From an uncultured Acidobacteriota bacterium (GTDB taxonomy: Bacteria; Acidobacteriota; Terriglobia; Acidiferrales; UBA7541), in the NCBI GenBank assembly GCA_963846235.1, contig CAWJVF010000003.1, positions 205,372-269,371 on the forward strand: a stretch of DNA of 64,000 nt, in the 5' to 3' direction. Numbering within the stretch: position 1 is the stretch's first letter; every line of letters starts with the position of its first letter. The position numbers were made by a program, and so were the translations under genes. The notes beneath the pieces are model-generated. The model saw nothing but the letters and a program-made list of their open reading frames with translations. It made no database searches and was not told where the DNA came from. This document shows positions 27,796-37,980 of this stretch, in pieces.

Positions 27796-29051
27796 ATGAA
27801 ATCCAAAAACGTCTTTAGGTCATCGTGTGGGCGCATCGTGCTCACGATGTTTGTATTTGTTGTGCTATTTTCAAACAAGGCTCACGCTTGTGATGTCGTG
27901 TATGCCAATGGATTGCTACCAACGACCCTTAACTTTGGACACTTTGGCGGAGCAAATCCCGTTTTGGTGATCCTCTCATACGGTAATGCCTGTGTTGTCC
28001 CGGCGGCAACGGTTGTCCCCGCGGCAACAACCTGGATCGTAGGCCTATCTCCTCCGGTATCATTCTCAGCGCCTGGGGGCGGAGAAGATACTCTCGATTT
28101 TGGTGTGCTGCCGAATCCTTATAATGTAAGCCGGACCGCCATCGTAAGCTGGTGGGGTTATTCGTACACCGTCATCCAGGCCGCTAATCCTTCGGGTGTT
28201 AAGTGTCAAACTGGCGACCCGAATTGTACACCGCAGCTCCAGATCACGCTTCAGTTAAGTGCCAATAATTCGCAGCCCAGCAACGCAGTCTCAGTCAATG
28301 GCAACTACACTGAGTTAGTGGGAGTCACAGCGACCGTCTCACCGGCTCAGCAGACAAACGTAGACTTTACCGCCACACCCACTGACCTCACAACTTCTGG
28401 ACATCTTCACAGCATTAATGGATTTCCAATAGCGAGTTTTGAGTCAAGTTCATCTTTCAATCAGGTCACTTCGTGTGTTACAGACGCCACTACCGGTTCT
28501 TGCGATGTGCTGTACGTAGTTCCCGAAATCAGCGGATCTTACACACTCACGGGAACCGTTCAGACTAGTAACAGTGCATCCGCTCCGCTAAGCGTCGGTT
28601 TCGGACCGCTAATCTCGCTACCCACCGGACAGTACTATGTTACGGACGGAACTTTCGGCGAACCGAGTGTTGTTTCCATGCATTCGCCGAATCACTTTGC
28701 CACGACATTTCTGATTAACGCCATTGAAACCCTTGCCATCGAGTATCACACCGATACTGGTGGGACCCTGGGAGTAAATGACATGAGTTTGCCCTCCGGT
28801 GGGTTATTCGACGTTTGTAATGATTGGACGAGCGCGAAGGTAGGGCTTGTGGAGGCCACAACCTACATCGCACTGGCACGAGCGTTGATATTGATCATAC
28901 GGATATCATTACTGGCGCGAATGTGAACGAATTTATCTTAGACCTAGAGGCCGACCTTCTCGGGTTAACGCGGATATATGAATGTAAGCAAGGCTTCGCC
29001 CCTCCATGTCCAGGATCACAAAATTACTCGATTCACTATGAGGCGCAATGA
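27796..29051 (+). pseudogene. exported protein with C-terminal LAS/M15-type metallopeptidase-like motif, frameshift near 28830-28850
   Basis: Signal peptide at the N-terminus. The frame changes after CNDWTSA to GGHNLHRTGTSVDIDH (H..H..G..VDI pattern). The second frame ends in an ATGA overlap with the next gene, which argues it is the true C-terminus. Confidence 0.55.
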
Positions 29052-29950
29052 TGATCAAGGCCATCATCCGAAGCCTTCTGGGATTAATTATTATTCTGAT
29101 CGCATCGAGTAGCAGTCCACTCTATGGACAGCTTACCGCGACCGTGAATGCCCAAATTTCGACTGGGCCTAACGGCACTCTCGTCTACTCATACACAATC
29201 GCAAACTCACCTTCATCAATGAGCGGCATATGGCTGATTAAAGTAGATGTTTCACAGCCGAATGGTTCGGTGAATTTAAGCAGTGACGGTTTATTAAATG
29301 GACCTGGTTTTCTCTCCAATATAGCTTCCTTCGTGCAGCAGCAAACGACTGCTGTTGTGAGTGTTCCGGTTGGCATTCAAGCCCCCGCTCTGTGGTTCGG
29401 CAGCATGGGTGTGGACGGTACAGTGACATGGGGAGCACAAGATGCTGACGTTCTCATCGCGCCAAGCCAAACCGTCGCCGGATTCCAATTGACGACACGC
29501 GGATTGCCAGCGATTCGCTCCGCGTTCCTCCAGCCCCATCTGGACTATACAAATTTGCCTTTTCTTTCCCCATCTGGTCCAAGCGACCTCAATCGCTACA
29601 ATCAACAATTGAAAGCGTTTAAACAGACCTTATCGTTGCAGGTTTCCACGATTGCGCCCAGCGCTCCACCGTCAAACTTCGTGGCCTTAACATTCCTTCA
29701 AAACATCCAGAGCTATAAAGACGCAGCCGTGAAGCAAGGTTGGATCACGAATGCAGGAGTTGCAAACAGTCTCGATGCGAAGTTGAACGCTGCATTGGCT
29801 GCTTTACAAGTTCAGCACTTCACAGCAGCCAAGAACATCCTGGGAGCATTTCTCAACGAAGTCAGTGCTCAATCTGGTAAGTTCCTAACAACCGAAGCCG
29901 TAGGATTATTAGAATTTAATGTGCAATATTTACTGGCCAAATTACCATGA
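29048..29950 (+). CDS. exported hypothetical protein
   Basis: Signal peptide MMIKAIIRSLLGLIIILIASSSS. Translationally coupled to the upstream gene. Confidence 0.6.
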   Translation: MMIKAIIRSLLGLIIILIASSSSPLYGQLTATVNAQISTGPNGTLVYSYTIANSPSSMSGIWLIKVDVSQPNGSVNLSSDGLLNGPGFLSNIASFVQQQTTAVVSVPVGIQAPALWFGSMGVDGTVTWGAQDADVLIAPSQTVAGFQLTTRGLPAIRSAFLQPHLDYTNLPFLSPSGPSDLNRYNQQLKAFKQTLSLQVSTIAPSAPPSNFVALTFLQNIQSYKDAAVKQGWITNAGVANSLDAKLNAALAALQVQHFTAAKNILGAFLNEVSAQSGKFLTTEAVGLLEFNVQYLLAKLP

Positions 29951-30185
29951 TTCACTTCAGAGTAAAATCCAAATGAAACAGCGCAGGCCGACACCGATCT
30001 CTATGGCAAAAGCTGAAGGCGCAGCCGCATCTCAGCAGCGCGAACCCCGAGACTGTAAGTGGAATGATTCCAACAGCCGATGCGACAGCTTTTTGACGAC
30101 GGGATAAACTGAATCCAGCATGTTGCCTCCTCTACAGGCGACTTGGTTAGGGGCGTTCGGCTGCTTCAACAGCCGGGCGTCCCGC

Positions 30186-30371
30186 TTACTTGCTTAGTCT
30201 TTCGCTCTCCTTTCTTGCGGCTATGATTTTGTCGGCGTACTTGCGCCGAACTTTCGCAACTCCTGACAACAGTTCCGCCAACGACGGCATCTCGCCAGCG
30301 GCAATCAGGCGTTCCGCTTCACGTCGCAGTCGGCGTCTGTCGGATCGCTTAAGTTTCGGTTGGCTCACCAT
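30186..30371 (-). CDS. small basic hypothetical protein (third of three)
   Basis: Internal start MVSQPKLKRSDRRRLRRE of the 171-aa track ORF. The start codon shares one base with the preceding stop codon. Confidence 0.35.
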   Translation of the reverse strand: MVSQPKLKRSDRRRLRREAERLIAAGEMPSLAELLSGVAKVRRKYADKIIAARKESERLSK

Positions 30372-30637
30372 CAATGCACCGCCGTCGATGCTGGCTGTTC
30401 GGGTTTCGGCGTCTCCCAAAATAATTCTCGGCCAATCAAAGCAATGATTGCGCCTGCGGTGCTGCCGCAGCCGCCCATAGAGTTGGTGTCGCCAAAAAGC
30501 GCGAACAACAAGCTCATGATGTCGCACAAAGGCAGCCCCGGCAGTTCTTTGGGGTCGATATCGAAAGCCCGACCTAAGCGAGCCTCTAACGCGGTGCGAA
30601 GTCGTACGTAAATTATCTTTTGAGTTTCTAATTTCAT
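30371..30637 (-). CDS. small hypothetical protein (second of three)
   Basis: 88 aa. ATGA overlap upstream and TGATG overlap downstream. Confidence 0.4.
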   Translation of the reverse strand: MKLETQKIIYVRLRTALEARLGRAFDIDPKELPGLPLCDIMSLLFALFGDTNSMGGCGSTAGAIIALIGRELFWETPKPEQPASTAVH

Positions 30638-30882
30638 CGACGCACCTCCAAACCCGACTCACGAATCCCTTCGAGAATCGGGCCGAAGTGGCGAGGCTCA
30701 ATTACGATGGTCGGGTAATACGGCTGGTAGCCGTTGTCACGTCCGATATGTTCGTGAATCCAGTTGCGGGCGGGTTCGGTGCAGGGAGTTAAGAGAAGAA
30801 TTGAGCCTTCATCTTGAATGGTGAAATCAGGACCGCTTGAAGGTGAGGTACCGCTCGATTGAAATTCATTTTTGTGGGTCAT
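30634..30882 (-). CDS. small hypothetical protein (first of three overlapping genes)
   Basis: 82 aa. ATGA overlap with the next ORF. Confidence 0.45.
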   Translation of the reverse strand: MTHKNEFQSSGTSPSSGPDFTIQDEGSILLLTPCTEPARNWIHEHIGRDNGYQPYYPTIVIEPRHFGPILEGIRESGLEVRR

Positions 30883-31343
30883 TCGTTTTTGCTCCTTTAG
30901 AGCCGCATCGTTTTACCACCGCGTCGGTTGAGGAAACCGCTCGGTTGGTGGAGGCTTTAGCCTCGCTCTGGATGCGTAATTTGTGAAGTTTATCAGCAGT
31001 TCATCAGAAAACCTATCGTTATGTTCGCACGCGATACTTGCAGCTGGCTTGACGATACTGACTTTCTAGTAGTAACCTAGTCTTCAGCATCAAGAGTAGC
31101 CCGCAAGGGCGACGCCAAACGCGCCAGCGCAACGCTGGAACCGTTGGACAAATGATGCGCCTGAAAAGGAAGCCTTATGAGAAAAAATCCCCAGACGCTC
31201 GCTGGTTCCGACCTGCCGCGCACGAATATTGCGCCGCCCTCTCACGAAGAACTTGAACCGCAGGAACTATCGACGCTGCTCAAATTGCTGATTAAAGAGG
31301 CGCTGAAGGCACGCGGAATCGAAACACGCGGGAAGAAAAATCA

Positions 31344-32948
31344 ATGAGCAAAGTTCCGACTCAGCCTGATGACGAGCGCCGCAAACGTATATTAGACAGT
31401 TTGCCTCCCGGTACTCCTGAGCCCGAAATGGATGCGGATGGCAATATTGTCGGCACCGAGGATTACGGCGGGACACCACTCCGACCCGAAATAGATGCGA
31501 AGGGCAACATCGTCGGCACCGGCGGGCCAGTCGGGAAATTTCCGCCGAGTGCCAAAAAGAGTATCGCGGAATTTAGCCAGCGATGGAAAAACTGGCGTCT
31601 TAATGATCTACAGCAGTGGTTGATGGAGCTGGCCCGTCGCGCTCTTCGGAGATCAGATCAGAAAGCGCAAATCTCATGGGCGAATAAATACGTACAGAGC
31701 ATCATAGATATCTTTCCACGGCGAGGCCCACGTAAAAAACTTGGGGGCCCGCAAACAGCGGCGCAGCGGCAGCAGAAGCATCGACAACGTGAAAAGGATT
31801 GGGCGTGGCTACCATTTCCGATCATTGCGCATGCTGGTTACTTAGTAATTGAGTCTGATAACCCGTTGTCGGCGTTTGATACTCGACGTGCGCAAGTCAT
31901 GATCGGATTTGAATTACAACAAATGATGGATGCTCATCATAAGGATTATCCCGGTCCAGATCTTAAAAATTATGGCCCAGAAAACGCCGGGCGTCAGACC
32001 GAGTTTTTCACTGACATGGGCGAAGTAGAAAACGTTGTCGTGCTTAAATATCCAGACAAAGTTGTTTACATAGTTCCTGCCGTCGAAGAACCCCATAGCA
32101 CCGCCGATGTTCTCTCAGCTGCGCTTAATCGCGGGATGTTCATGCCTGATGCGCCGAGCGGTAAAGGAAAACTCGTGACCGGCTGGGGGCATGAGAAAGG
32201 ATACGACAAAAATAAATCGGCATTTGAACCCGGACTAGATGATGCCGGTGATTTTTATGCCGACGAATTTGCAAACGAAAATGATGATAATGATGACAGT
32301 CCATCTTCACAGCCGGGAGAATTTGCTGACCCCGACGAACGAGAACTAGACTTCGGCAATCGAGCCAGACGAAAACTATTCGAAAATCCGAATAATCCAG
32401 AACTTCATGATCCGAAGGAATTGGATGAAGCTGTTGAAAAGTACGAACAAGATAACCAGCAGGAAGATGAATCGACAAACGAAGAACCAAAGTGCCGGAT
32501 CTGCAAAGAAGTTCTCGAAGGGGATGATGGGGAGAGTGATGACACCCTTCTCATGAAGCATCTTAAAGACCGGCACCACGATGATTACCAGCGAATCTGC
32601 GCAATGTTGGAAGAGTCGTGGCGCAAAGAACGAACAAAGAAGCAGAACCGACTGCGCCGTATTTTACAAAAGCAGAAACATTGTCGAGAAGATCATGATG
32701 CGCTGTTCGCTCGTCAACTTGAAAAGACCGGCCCGGATGCATATTTTTGCGGAAAATGTGATGTGCTACTCTGCAAGGGCACGCACATAAAGCAAGTTGA
32801 AGAGGTGCTTACTGAGCGCGAGGCGCAACGTGCCCGGCTTTCGAACGATGAGCGGAAAGATGCGAGCAAGAGGAAACCGGCCCCGATCTACTGCAAGTAC
32901 TGCCACAAGGCAATCTGGACAATCGAATACGACAAGCCAAAGTACTGA
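31344..32948 (+). CDS. acidic hypothetical protein with internal repeat and C-terminal CxxC pairs
   Basis: 534 aa. Direct repeat PE(M/I)DA(D/K)GNIVGT, long D/E-rich tract, CRIC / CGKC / CKYC motifs. Mobile-element-type ORFan. Confidence 0.6.
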   Translation: MSKVPTQPDDERRKRILDSLPPGTPEPEMDADGNIVGTEDYGGTPLRPEIDAKGNIVGTGGPVGKFPPSAKKSIAEFSQRWKNWRLNDLQQWLMELARRALRRSDQKAQISWANKYVQSIIDIFPRRGPRKKLGGPQTAAQRQQKHRQREKDWAWLPFPIIAHAGYLVIESDNPLSAFDTRRAQVMIGFELQQMMDAHHKDYPGPDLKNYGPENAGRQTEFFTDMGEVENVVVLKYPDKVVYIVPAVEEPHSTADVLSAALNRGMFMPDAPSGKGKLVTGWGHEKGYDKNKSAFEPGLDDAGDFYADEFANENDDNDDSPSSQPGEFADPDERELDFGNRARRKLFENPNNPELHDPKELDEAVEKYEQDNQQEDESTNEEPKCRICKEVLEGDDGESDDTLLMKHLKDRHHDDYQRICAMLEESWRKERTKKQNRLRRILQKQKHCREDHDALFARQLEKTGPDAYFCGKCDVLLCKGTHIKQVEEVLTEREAQRARLSNDERKDASKRKPAPIYCKYCHKAIWTIEYDKPKY

Positions 32949-33435
32949 ATTAGCGTGACATTGGACCAAAATTTCTGGAAGTAATAGACCGGCAAGGATT
33001 TAACCCCTATCGACACCCCTCCCCAGAACGCCCACCCTATTATTAGAAGGGAAAGATGGGCCCAGTCGGCGCAAGGCTGGCCGTCACGATGTAGATATCT
33101 GGTTCTTAATGGAGCCCAGATAATCACGGTGTAAATCCGCAGTTCCTATAGAGGCATAGAGCCTCAAGAGTTTCCCGGCGGAATGCCGGGCGCAAGTTTC
33201 CATGCCTGCCACATGGATGCAGTACGTTCTCACGGGGTTCAGCCCCAAAACTGAACCCCACTCGCCATTCGGCAGAATGACGATAGAGAACACGGCAAAG
33301 AAGTAGATGGCGAGCGAGAATGCCTCTGGCAGGAATTCCCGCTAATTAAAATTTGAATTCGGTTCGCATCATCGGATGCATGCGGATTTTTGTTTTCGGT
33401 CGCCTTATGGCGGCAATTCTTATGAGGAGCAGCAC

Positions 33436-33747
33436 ATGGCGTATTTCGGCGACGGCCAAGAAGTCTTACGGATCTTGGATGAACTAAAAATGTCTCAGCC
33501 ATTCCTGACCGGGCTGCTGGATAACAAGCCCAGCAATTCCACGCTCAGCGCATGGCTCAAAGGCCAACAGTTCCTGCCCGGAGATCGCGTGCAACGAATC
33601 GTCGATATGGCTCGCCGACTGAAAAAGATTTCGGATGAAGTTGCGCCACTGCCGTTGATGTTCAAGGACGTGAATCTTTGGAAAGTAATTCTGGAGCAGC
33701 GTGAACTGTGCGACACGAGCAAATTACTGGAGCACGTCGGCGAATGA
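33436..33747 (+). CDS. possible HTH regulator
   Basis: Start at MAYFGDGQEVLRILDELKMSQPFLTGLL...STLSAWLKG, which is helix-turn-helix-like. Weak call. Confidence 0.4.
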   Translation: MAYFGDGQEVLRILDELKMSQPFLTGLLDNKPSNSTLSAWLKGQQFLPGDRVQRIVDMARRLKKISDEVAPLPLMFKDVNLWKVILEQRELCDTSKLLEHVGE

Positions 33748-33859
33748 AACGAGTTCTTGTCTTCAAATGACTGCCGGGAATAGTCCGGCACGCGAACCGC
33801 GCTCCGTCGGTGACGGCTCGGAAAGACGAGCAAGCAGTAACTCAAGCAGTGGAGGCAAC

Positions 33860-34153
33860 ATGAACACATCACTGGTTCTTAAAATTGCAGGAATCATCTA
33901 CACGCCACACTTTGGAGCGAAGAGCGTGGAGACGGCTGTCGTACATGCAAGAGTAATTATCAGCACCACGATAACGAAAATGGGGCCCTGCGATCCTTCA
34001 ACAGTTGCATCAGCTTGTGAAACAGCCGCCCATATATTCGCTACCGCGAAAGACGCTGGCGGCATTCCTAGTGCCGTTGCTCAAACCATCGAATTGATGA
34101 AAGAGATCGAAGTACCCCGCAGTGGATCGAAGTACCCCGCAGTGCAGTGGTAG
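33860..34153 (+). CDS. hypothetical protein whose 3' end contains a 20-bp tandem duplication
   Basis: Start MNTSLVLKIAG with GGAGG 6 nt upstream. The C-terminus crosses the duplication at 34105-34144. Confidence 0.4.
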   Translation: MNTSLVLKIAGIIYTPHFGAKSVETAVVHARVIISTTITKMGPCDPSTVASACETAAHIFATAKDAGGIPSAVAQTIELMKEIEVPRSGSKYPAVQW

Positions 34154-34240
34154 ACAGATCCCGGCAGCAACACATAGGCCCGAACATTCGAAGAATGTGA
34201 GGTGATCTTATGGACGGTTAAACCGTATTGGAGAAGTTTT

Positions 34241-34438
34241 ATGAGCGGCAAAGTGATTCGGTTCACGCCGAGCGGGTTCACCATCGGAGTGACCGGTTCG
34301 AAAATGGAGTACTTGGCGATACCGCAGCGGATCATCGCTCACCCTGAGCGATTGAAACTCGGCGCAGAATGCACCTTCAAGGTCGGTCGGACGATCTGGC
34401 CGGGTGAATATGCAGTCGCAAACTATATCGAGTTGTAA
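34241..34438 (+). CDS. small hypothetical protein
   Basis: 65-aa ORF from MSGKVIRFTPSG. Confidence 0.4.
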   Translation: MSGKVIRFTPSGFTIGVTGSKMEYLAIPQRIIAHPERLKLGAECTFKVGRTIWPGEYAVANYIEL

Positions 34439-34549
34439 GCAGTAGCAGTCGGCAAATATGACCGCGCTTGCATGCGATCTCATCGCCGCTAAGTAGCGAG
34501 CACACCGTCCTATTGAGCGGCGTGTAAATAAAAACAAAAAGGCAAGCAT

Positions 34550-34849
34550 ATGAAAATTGAAGGTCGGCTGTGTAACTGGAATTCGCGCAAGCTTTTCGGG
34601 GTTGTTGAAGTCCGGATTCGCGAAGGCGTGGGTTATAGATTTGAAAAGTATTTTTTGACCCAGTCGCATGTTGTCTATTCGGCTGTGGAACCACCGGAAG
34701 AAGGATGCATCGTTCTCTTTACGCCCAGAACGTTAGGCAAGCTGCGACCGGGCCTGCTGCCGACTGCAACTGAGGCAGAGATTTTTGAAAGCTTGGAACA
34801 GATGAAAGCTGTGATCAGCGAGAAAGGCGGCGAAGGAAGTGTATCGTGA
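34550..34849 (+). CDS. small hypothetical protein coupled to the primase gene
   Basis: 99 aa. GTGA overlap with the start of 34846..37107. Confidence 0.45.
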   Translation: MKIEGRLCNWNSRKLFGVVEVRIREGVGYRFEKYFLTQSHVVYSAVEPPEEGCIVLFTPRTLGKLRPGLLPTATEAEIFESLEQMKAVISEKGGEGSVS

Positions 34850-37107
34850 TTCGCACATGGATGGCAGAAGATCAAGCACGTATTGACGCAGTGTTTGCGA
34901 AAACGGCGGCAGTAGCTGAACCGGTCACAGAAGTTAAAGTGACCCACGGGATTGCTGTGTCAAGCGAAGCGAGAACAGCGGGACTGTCGACGGCGATACA
35001 GACGCCATTAGACGGAGCCTTGCACGTCGCATCGAAAGCTGTGCCACAGATCCCATTGAAGCCCAGGACGAAGATCGCATTCTCGAACGACTGGCCGAGT
35101 ATGGCGACAACCGATCCGGCGCAGCTGAATGCGTGGGCCATTCAGTATCCTAATTGCAACTTTGCCGGCGTTGCTCTGGCTCAGCCCAGTGGTATCTGGA
35201 TATTTGAAATCGATAATCAGGAAGCGGCCAAAGCTCTCAGCGTTCCCAAACTACCAAGGACGTTTCGTGTTCGCAGTCGTCCTGGTCGCGGGCACATCTA
35301 TTTCCGGCACAACGCCGCGAGTATTGCGTTGGCCGCCTCAACTGACAAGGCGTACATCAGTATCAAAGACACCAATGGTAAGGAGATCGCGTCGGCTCGC
35401 CTGAATCATGCCTACTGTGTCAGCGCGGGTTCGACTCATCCAGATACTCAGCTGCCGTACGAGATCGTCAACGATGTCGATCTGATCGAAGCGCCGCAGG
35501 AATTGATCGACTGGATTCGTGAGCATACCGCGCAGGATAAGAAACTGCCAGCGACGGCCAGCAGTGATGGCCCCCGTGTACCCAGAGGTTCGCATGACGT
35601 CGAGCTTACTAGGATAGCGGGCGCACTGCGTGCGAAAGGATTAACCGAAGAAGAGATGTTGCCGGTGCTCATTCGTAACGTCGAAGAAAGATTTGATGAT
35701 TACGGAAATGATTACATCTCCATGTGTGAAAAGGTAGCTCACAGCATCGGTAAGAAACCAGCTGGAACTTCCTCGATTCCATTGACAAGCAATGGCAAGA
35801 CTGCTGAGCAGATCATGCAGGACGCTCAGCCGGTTCTGATGGTTACGGACGAGGCTGTTCCCGAGGAAGTAGATGAAAACTCGGAGGCTGCTATACCGCC
35901 GTTTGATCGAAGCGTGATCAACGGCATCTACGCCGACTTCGTCGATCTTGTCACCCGTGGAACTACACTGAATCCACAATTCGCCTATGCCATTGCGAAG
36001 ACCATCGTCGGCATCCGCATGGCAGGCAAAGTCCGATTCGAGGATCTGGATGTTGAGCCGCGATTCTATACCGCGCTAATCGGGGAGACTGGCACCGGCA
36101 AAGGCGAAGCATGGCGAAGGACGTACCAAATCCTCACTGCGCCGGGTGCATTAAGCGGTTACGGATTCAAGGTAACGAACGATGCCGACTCAGGCGCGGG
36201 ATTGAAAGATCTGTTCTTTCCCTCATCGCCGAAGACATCAATGGTTGGTTGGAATCCCGAAGCTGTTCTTTGCTACGTGGACGAAATCACTACACTTGGG
36301 CACAAGTCATCGGATACTCGTAATCCTGGCATTCTCGATGAGATGATCACGCTCGCGAATAGCACGTCGATTACGCGGTCGCTGTGTGAGCGCAATGGCG
36401 GCAATCGGAGCACTGATCGGGCGCGGCTTGCCATCGTGATGTGTGGGCAGAGTGGCGAAGTCTTCATAAAAGCGTTCGCCGGACGAACTAAACTCGGGTG
36501 GTATGACAGAATTACTCCTGAGTTCGGAGTTCCTGTTGAAGTCGGGGATTTGCCCCCGATTGACACAATAGCTGCCATTAATTTGGTGCAGAAACTCAAC
36601 GCGCTCGATTACTCGGGCACGATGACAATGTCACCGGAAGCGAAGGCGCTCTTGGACGAATGTTGGAATGCGCAATCGGCTAAGACCAAGAGCAAGGCGC
36701 GGTGGCGCAGCAACCTGAAACTGGAAGCCTACATGTCCGCCTTCGGGCGCGGCCTCAAGGTGGTGGAACCGGAAGACGCCACGGTCGCCATCAAGAACTT
36801 CGAACGGCAACTAATCATTCGAAGGGTCTGCTTCACAATGGATGCGCCGGATAGGGTCGGCTACTATCTCGGGCTGATCAAGCGGATCACCCAACACATG
36901 ACCGAACAGCTAGCGGCTGGGACGCCGCCGGACCGAGTTGCCAAGAGCAGGCGTGACTACGAGACGGCAACGAACGCACACAGGGACAACGAAGAGCACA
37001 TCTTCGCCAAGGCATGGGAGACGCATTCCCGCGTCTGGCTGGAACCTGTGACGGTCCGGAAGACGAATGGTCATCGGTACACGAAGTATCTCCCCGTCGT
37101 CGAGTGA
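34846..37107 (+). CDS. bifunctional DNA primase-polymerase / helicase-type replication protein
   Basis: Prim-Pol motifs IWIFEIDNQE and RSRPGRGHIYFRH. PriCT-like segment PRGSHDVELTRIAGALRAKGLTEEEM. Walker A-like IGETGTGKGE in the C-terminal half. Iterons lie immediately downstream. Confidence 0.8.
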   Translation: MIRTWMAEDQARIDAVFAKTAAVAEPVTEVKVTHGIAVSSEARTAGLSTAIQTPLDGALHVASKAVPQIPLKPRTKIAFSNDWPSMATTDPAQLNAWAIQYPNCNFAGVALAQPSGIWIFEIDNQEAAKALSVPKLPRTFRVRSRPGRGHIYFRHNAASIALAASTDKAYISIKDTNGKEIASARLNHAYCVSAGSTHPDTQLPYEIVNDVDLIEAPQELIDWIREHTAQDKKLPATASSDGPRVPRGSHDVELTRIAGALRAKGLTEEEMLPVLIRNVEERFDDYGNDYISMCEKVAHSIGKKPAGTSSIPLTSNGKTAEQIMQDAQPVLMVTDEAVPEEVDENSEAAIPPFDRSVINGIYADFVDLVTRGTTLNPQFAYAIAKTIVGIRMAGKVRFEDLDVEPRFYTALIGETGTGKGEAWRRTYQILTAPGALSGYGFKVTNDADSGAGLKDLFFPSSPKTSMVGWNPEAVLCYVDEITTLGHKSSDTRNPGILDEMITLANSTSITRSLCERNGGNRSTDRARLAIVMCGQSGEVFIKAFAGRTKLGWYDRITPEFGVPVEVGDLPPIDTIAAINLVQKLNALDYSGTMTMSPEAKALLDECWNAQSAKTKSKARWRSNLKLEAYMSAFGRGLKVVEPEDATVAIKNFERQLIIRRVCFTMDAPDRVGYYLGLIKRITQHMTEQLAAGTPPDRVAKSRRDYETATNAHRDNEEHIFAKAWETHSRVWLEPVTVRKTNGHRYTKYLPVVE

Positions 37108-37114
37108 GGCAGTG

Positions 37115-37398
37115 AAAACGACTTGCTGTCAAACGGTCGAAAAACGACTTGCTGTCACGGGTCAAAACGACTTGCTGTCACGCTCAAAAAAGTAATCAAA
37201 AAATGAATGAAAAATGGAAAAGTGTTGACAGCAAGTCGAGGTACTTAACCTCTTTGCCATCAGTACTTATTTTTTCAAAACGACGCGCTGTCTAAAGGTG
37301 TGTGTGTCATTAAAAATATAGTGAAAAATCGACTTGCTGTCATGGTTTCTTTGTCTTGCACACACACCTCTGACAGCAGGTCGTGACAGCAAGTCGTT
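37115..37398. repeat. iteron array with AT-rich core: candidate origin of replication
   Basis: AAAACGACTTGCTGTCA at 37115-37131, 37141-37157 and 37164-37180. Variants at 37277-37293 and 37325-37342. Inverted copies TGACAGCA(A/G)GTCG at 37226-37238, 37371-37383 and 37384-37398. 10-bp inverted repeat GGTGTGTGTG / CACACACACC at 37297-37369 brackets an AT-rich stretch. Confidence 0.7.
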
Positions 37399-37980
37399 GG
37401 TCGCCTCACCATATGCATACCCACTCACTTCGGCTATGGCCGCGCCGAGATCTTTCGCGAGATGATCACAAATTATTTCCGCCGGTCGGTCGGGCTACGA
37501 TTGCCGTTGACGCCGTGCTGGTCGAATCGCGGCGCAAACATAGCAAATACATTACAAAATGTGGTCGGCGCGTCCGTAAGTCGTTTGTTAACGTCGTTCT
37601 AAGTGTTTATATAGAACGCTTGCTGTTGTTATCGGCATCGAAACCCTCCGGCCCCGTTGCGTTTCCGTCGGCCCCACCGTCAGGATCTGGACATAGGCAG
37701 TCGGATTGAATGAATGGTAGCCGCAAACTTCTGATTATGCGGTAAATAGGGGACCCTTTCACCTATTACACAGAAAATTTCGCCCCCCAAGGGTACTTGC
37801 CCCGAAGCCGGACTTTGGCCGCGCATTGCGGTTCAAATCAAGAGGACAAAACTCACATCTCCCACAAATATTCGTAACTGCATGGATCGGATAAGAATAG
37901 ACTGAATTGTTGGGTTAATTAATTTTAAGGTTCTGCTGATTTTACGGGGTTTACGCGCTGAACATCACGGCTTTTCGTCG

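Noticed and set aside
31423-31524. Direct DNA repeat CCCGAAATRGATGCG..GGCAAYATYGTCGGCACCG as a regulatory repeat
   Set aside because: It lies in frame inside the 534-aa ORF and encodes the duplicated peptide PE(M/I)DA(D/K)GNIVGT, so it is a coding repeat.
37383-37709. 108-aa ORF starting inside the iteron array
   Set aside because: It begins within inverted iterons and has no RBS, motif or coding-like composition. Treated as spurious.
37825-37855. tRNA-like T-loop string GGTTCAAATC
   Set aside because: The flanking bases do not form T-stem or acceptor pairing and no cloverleaf can be drawn. No intact tRNA was found anywhere in the window.
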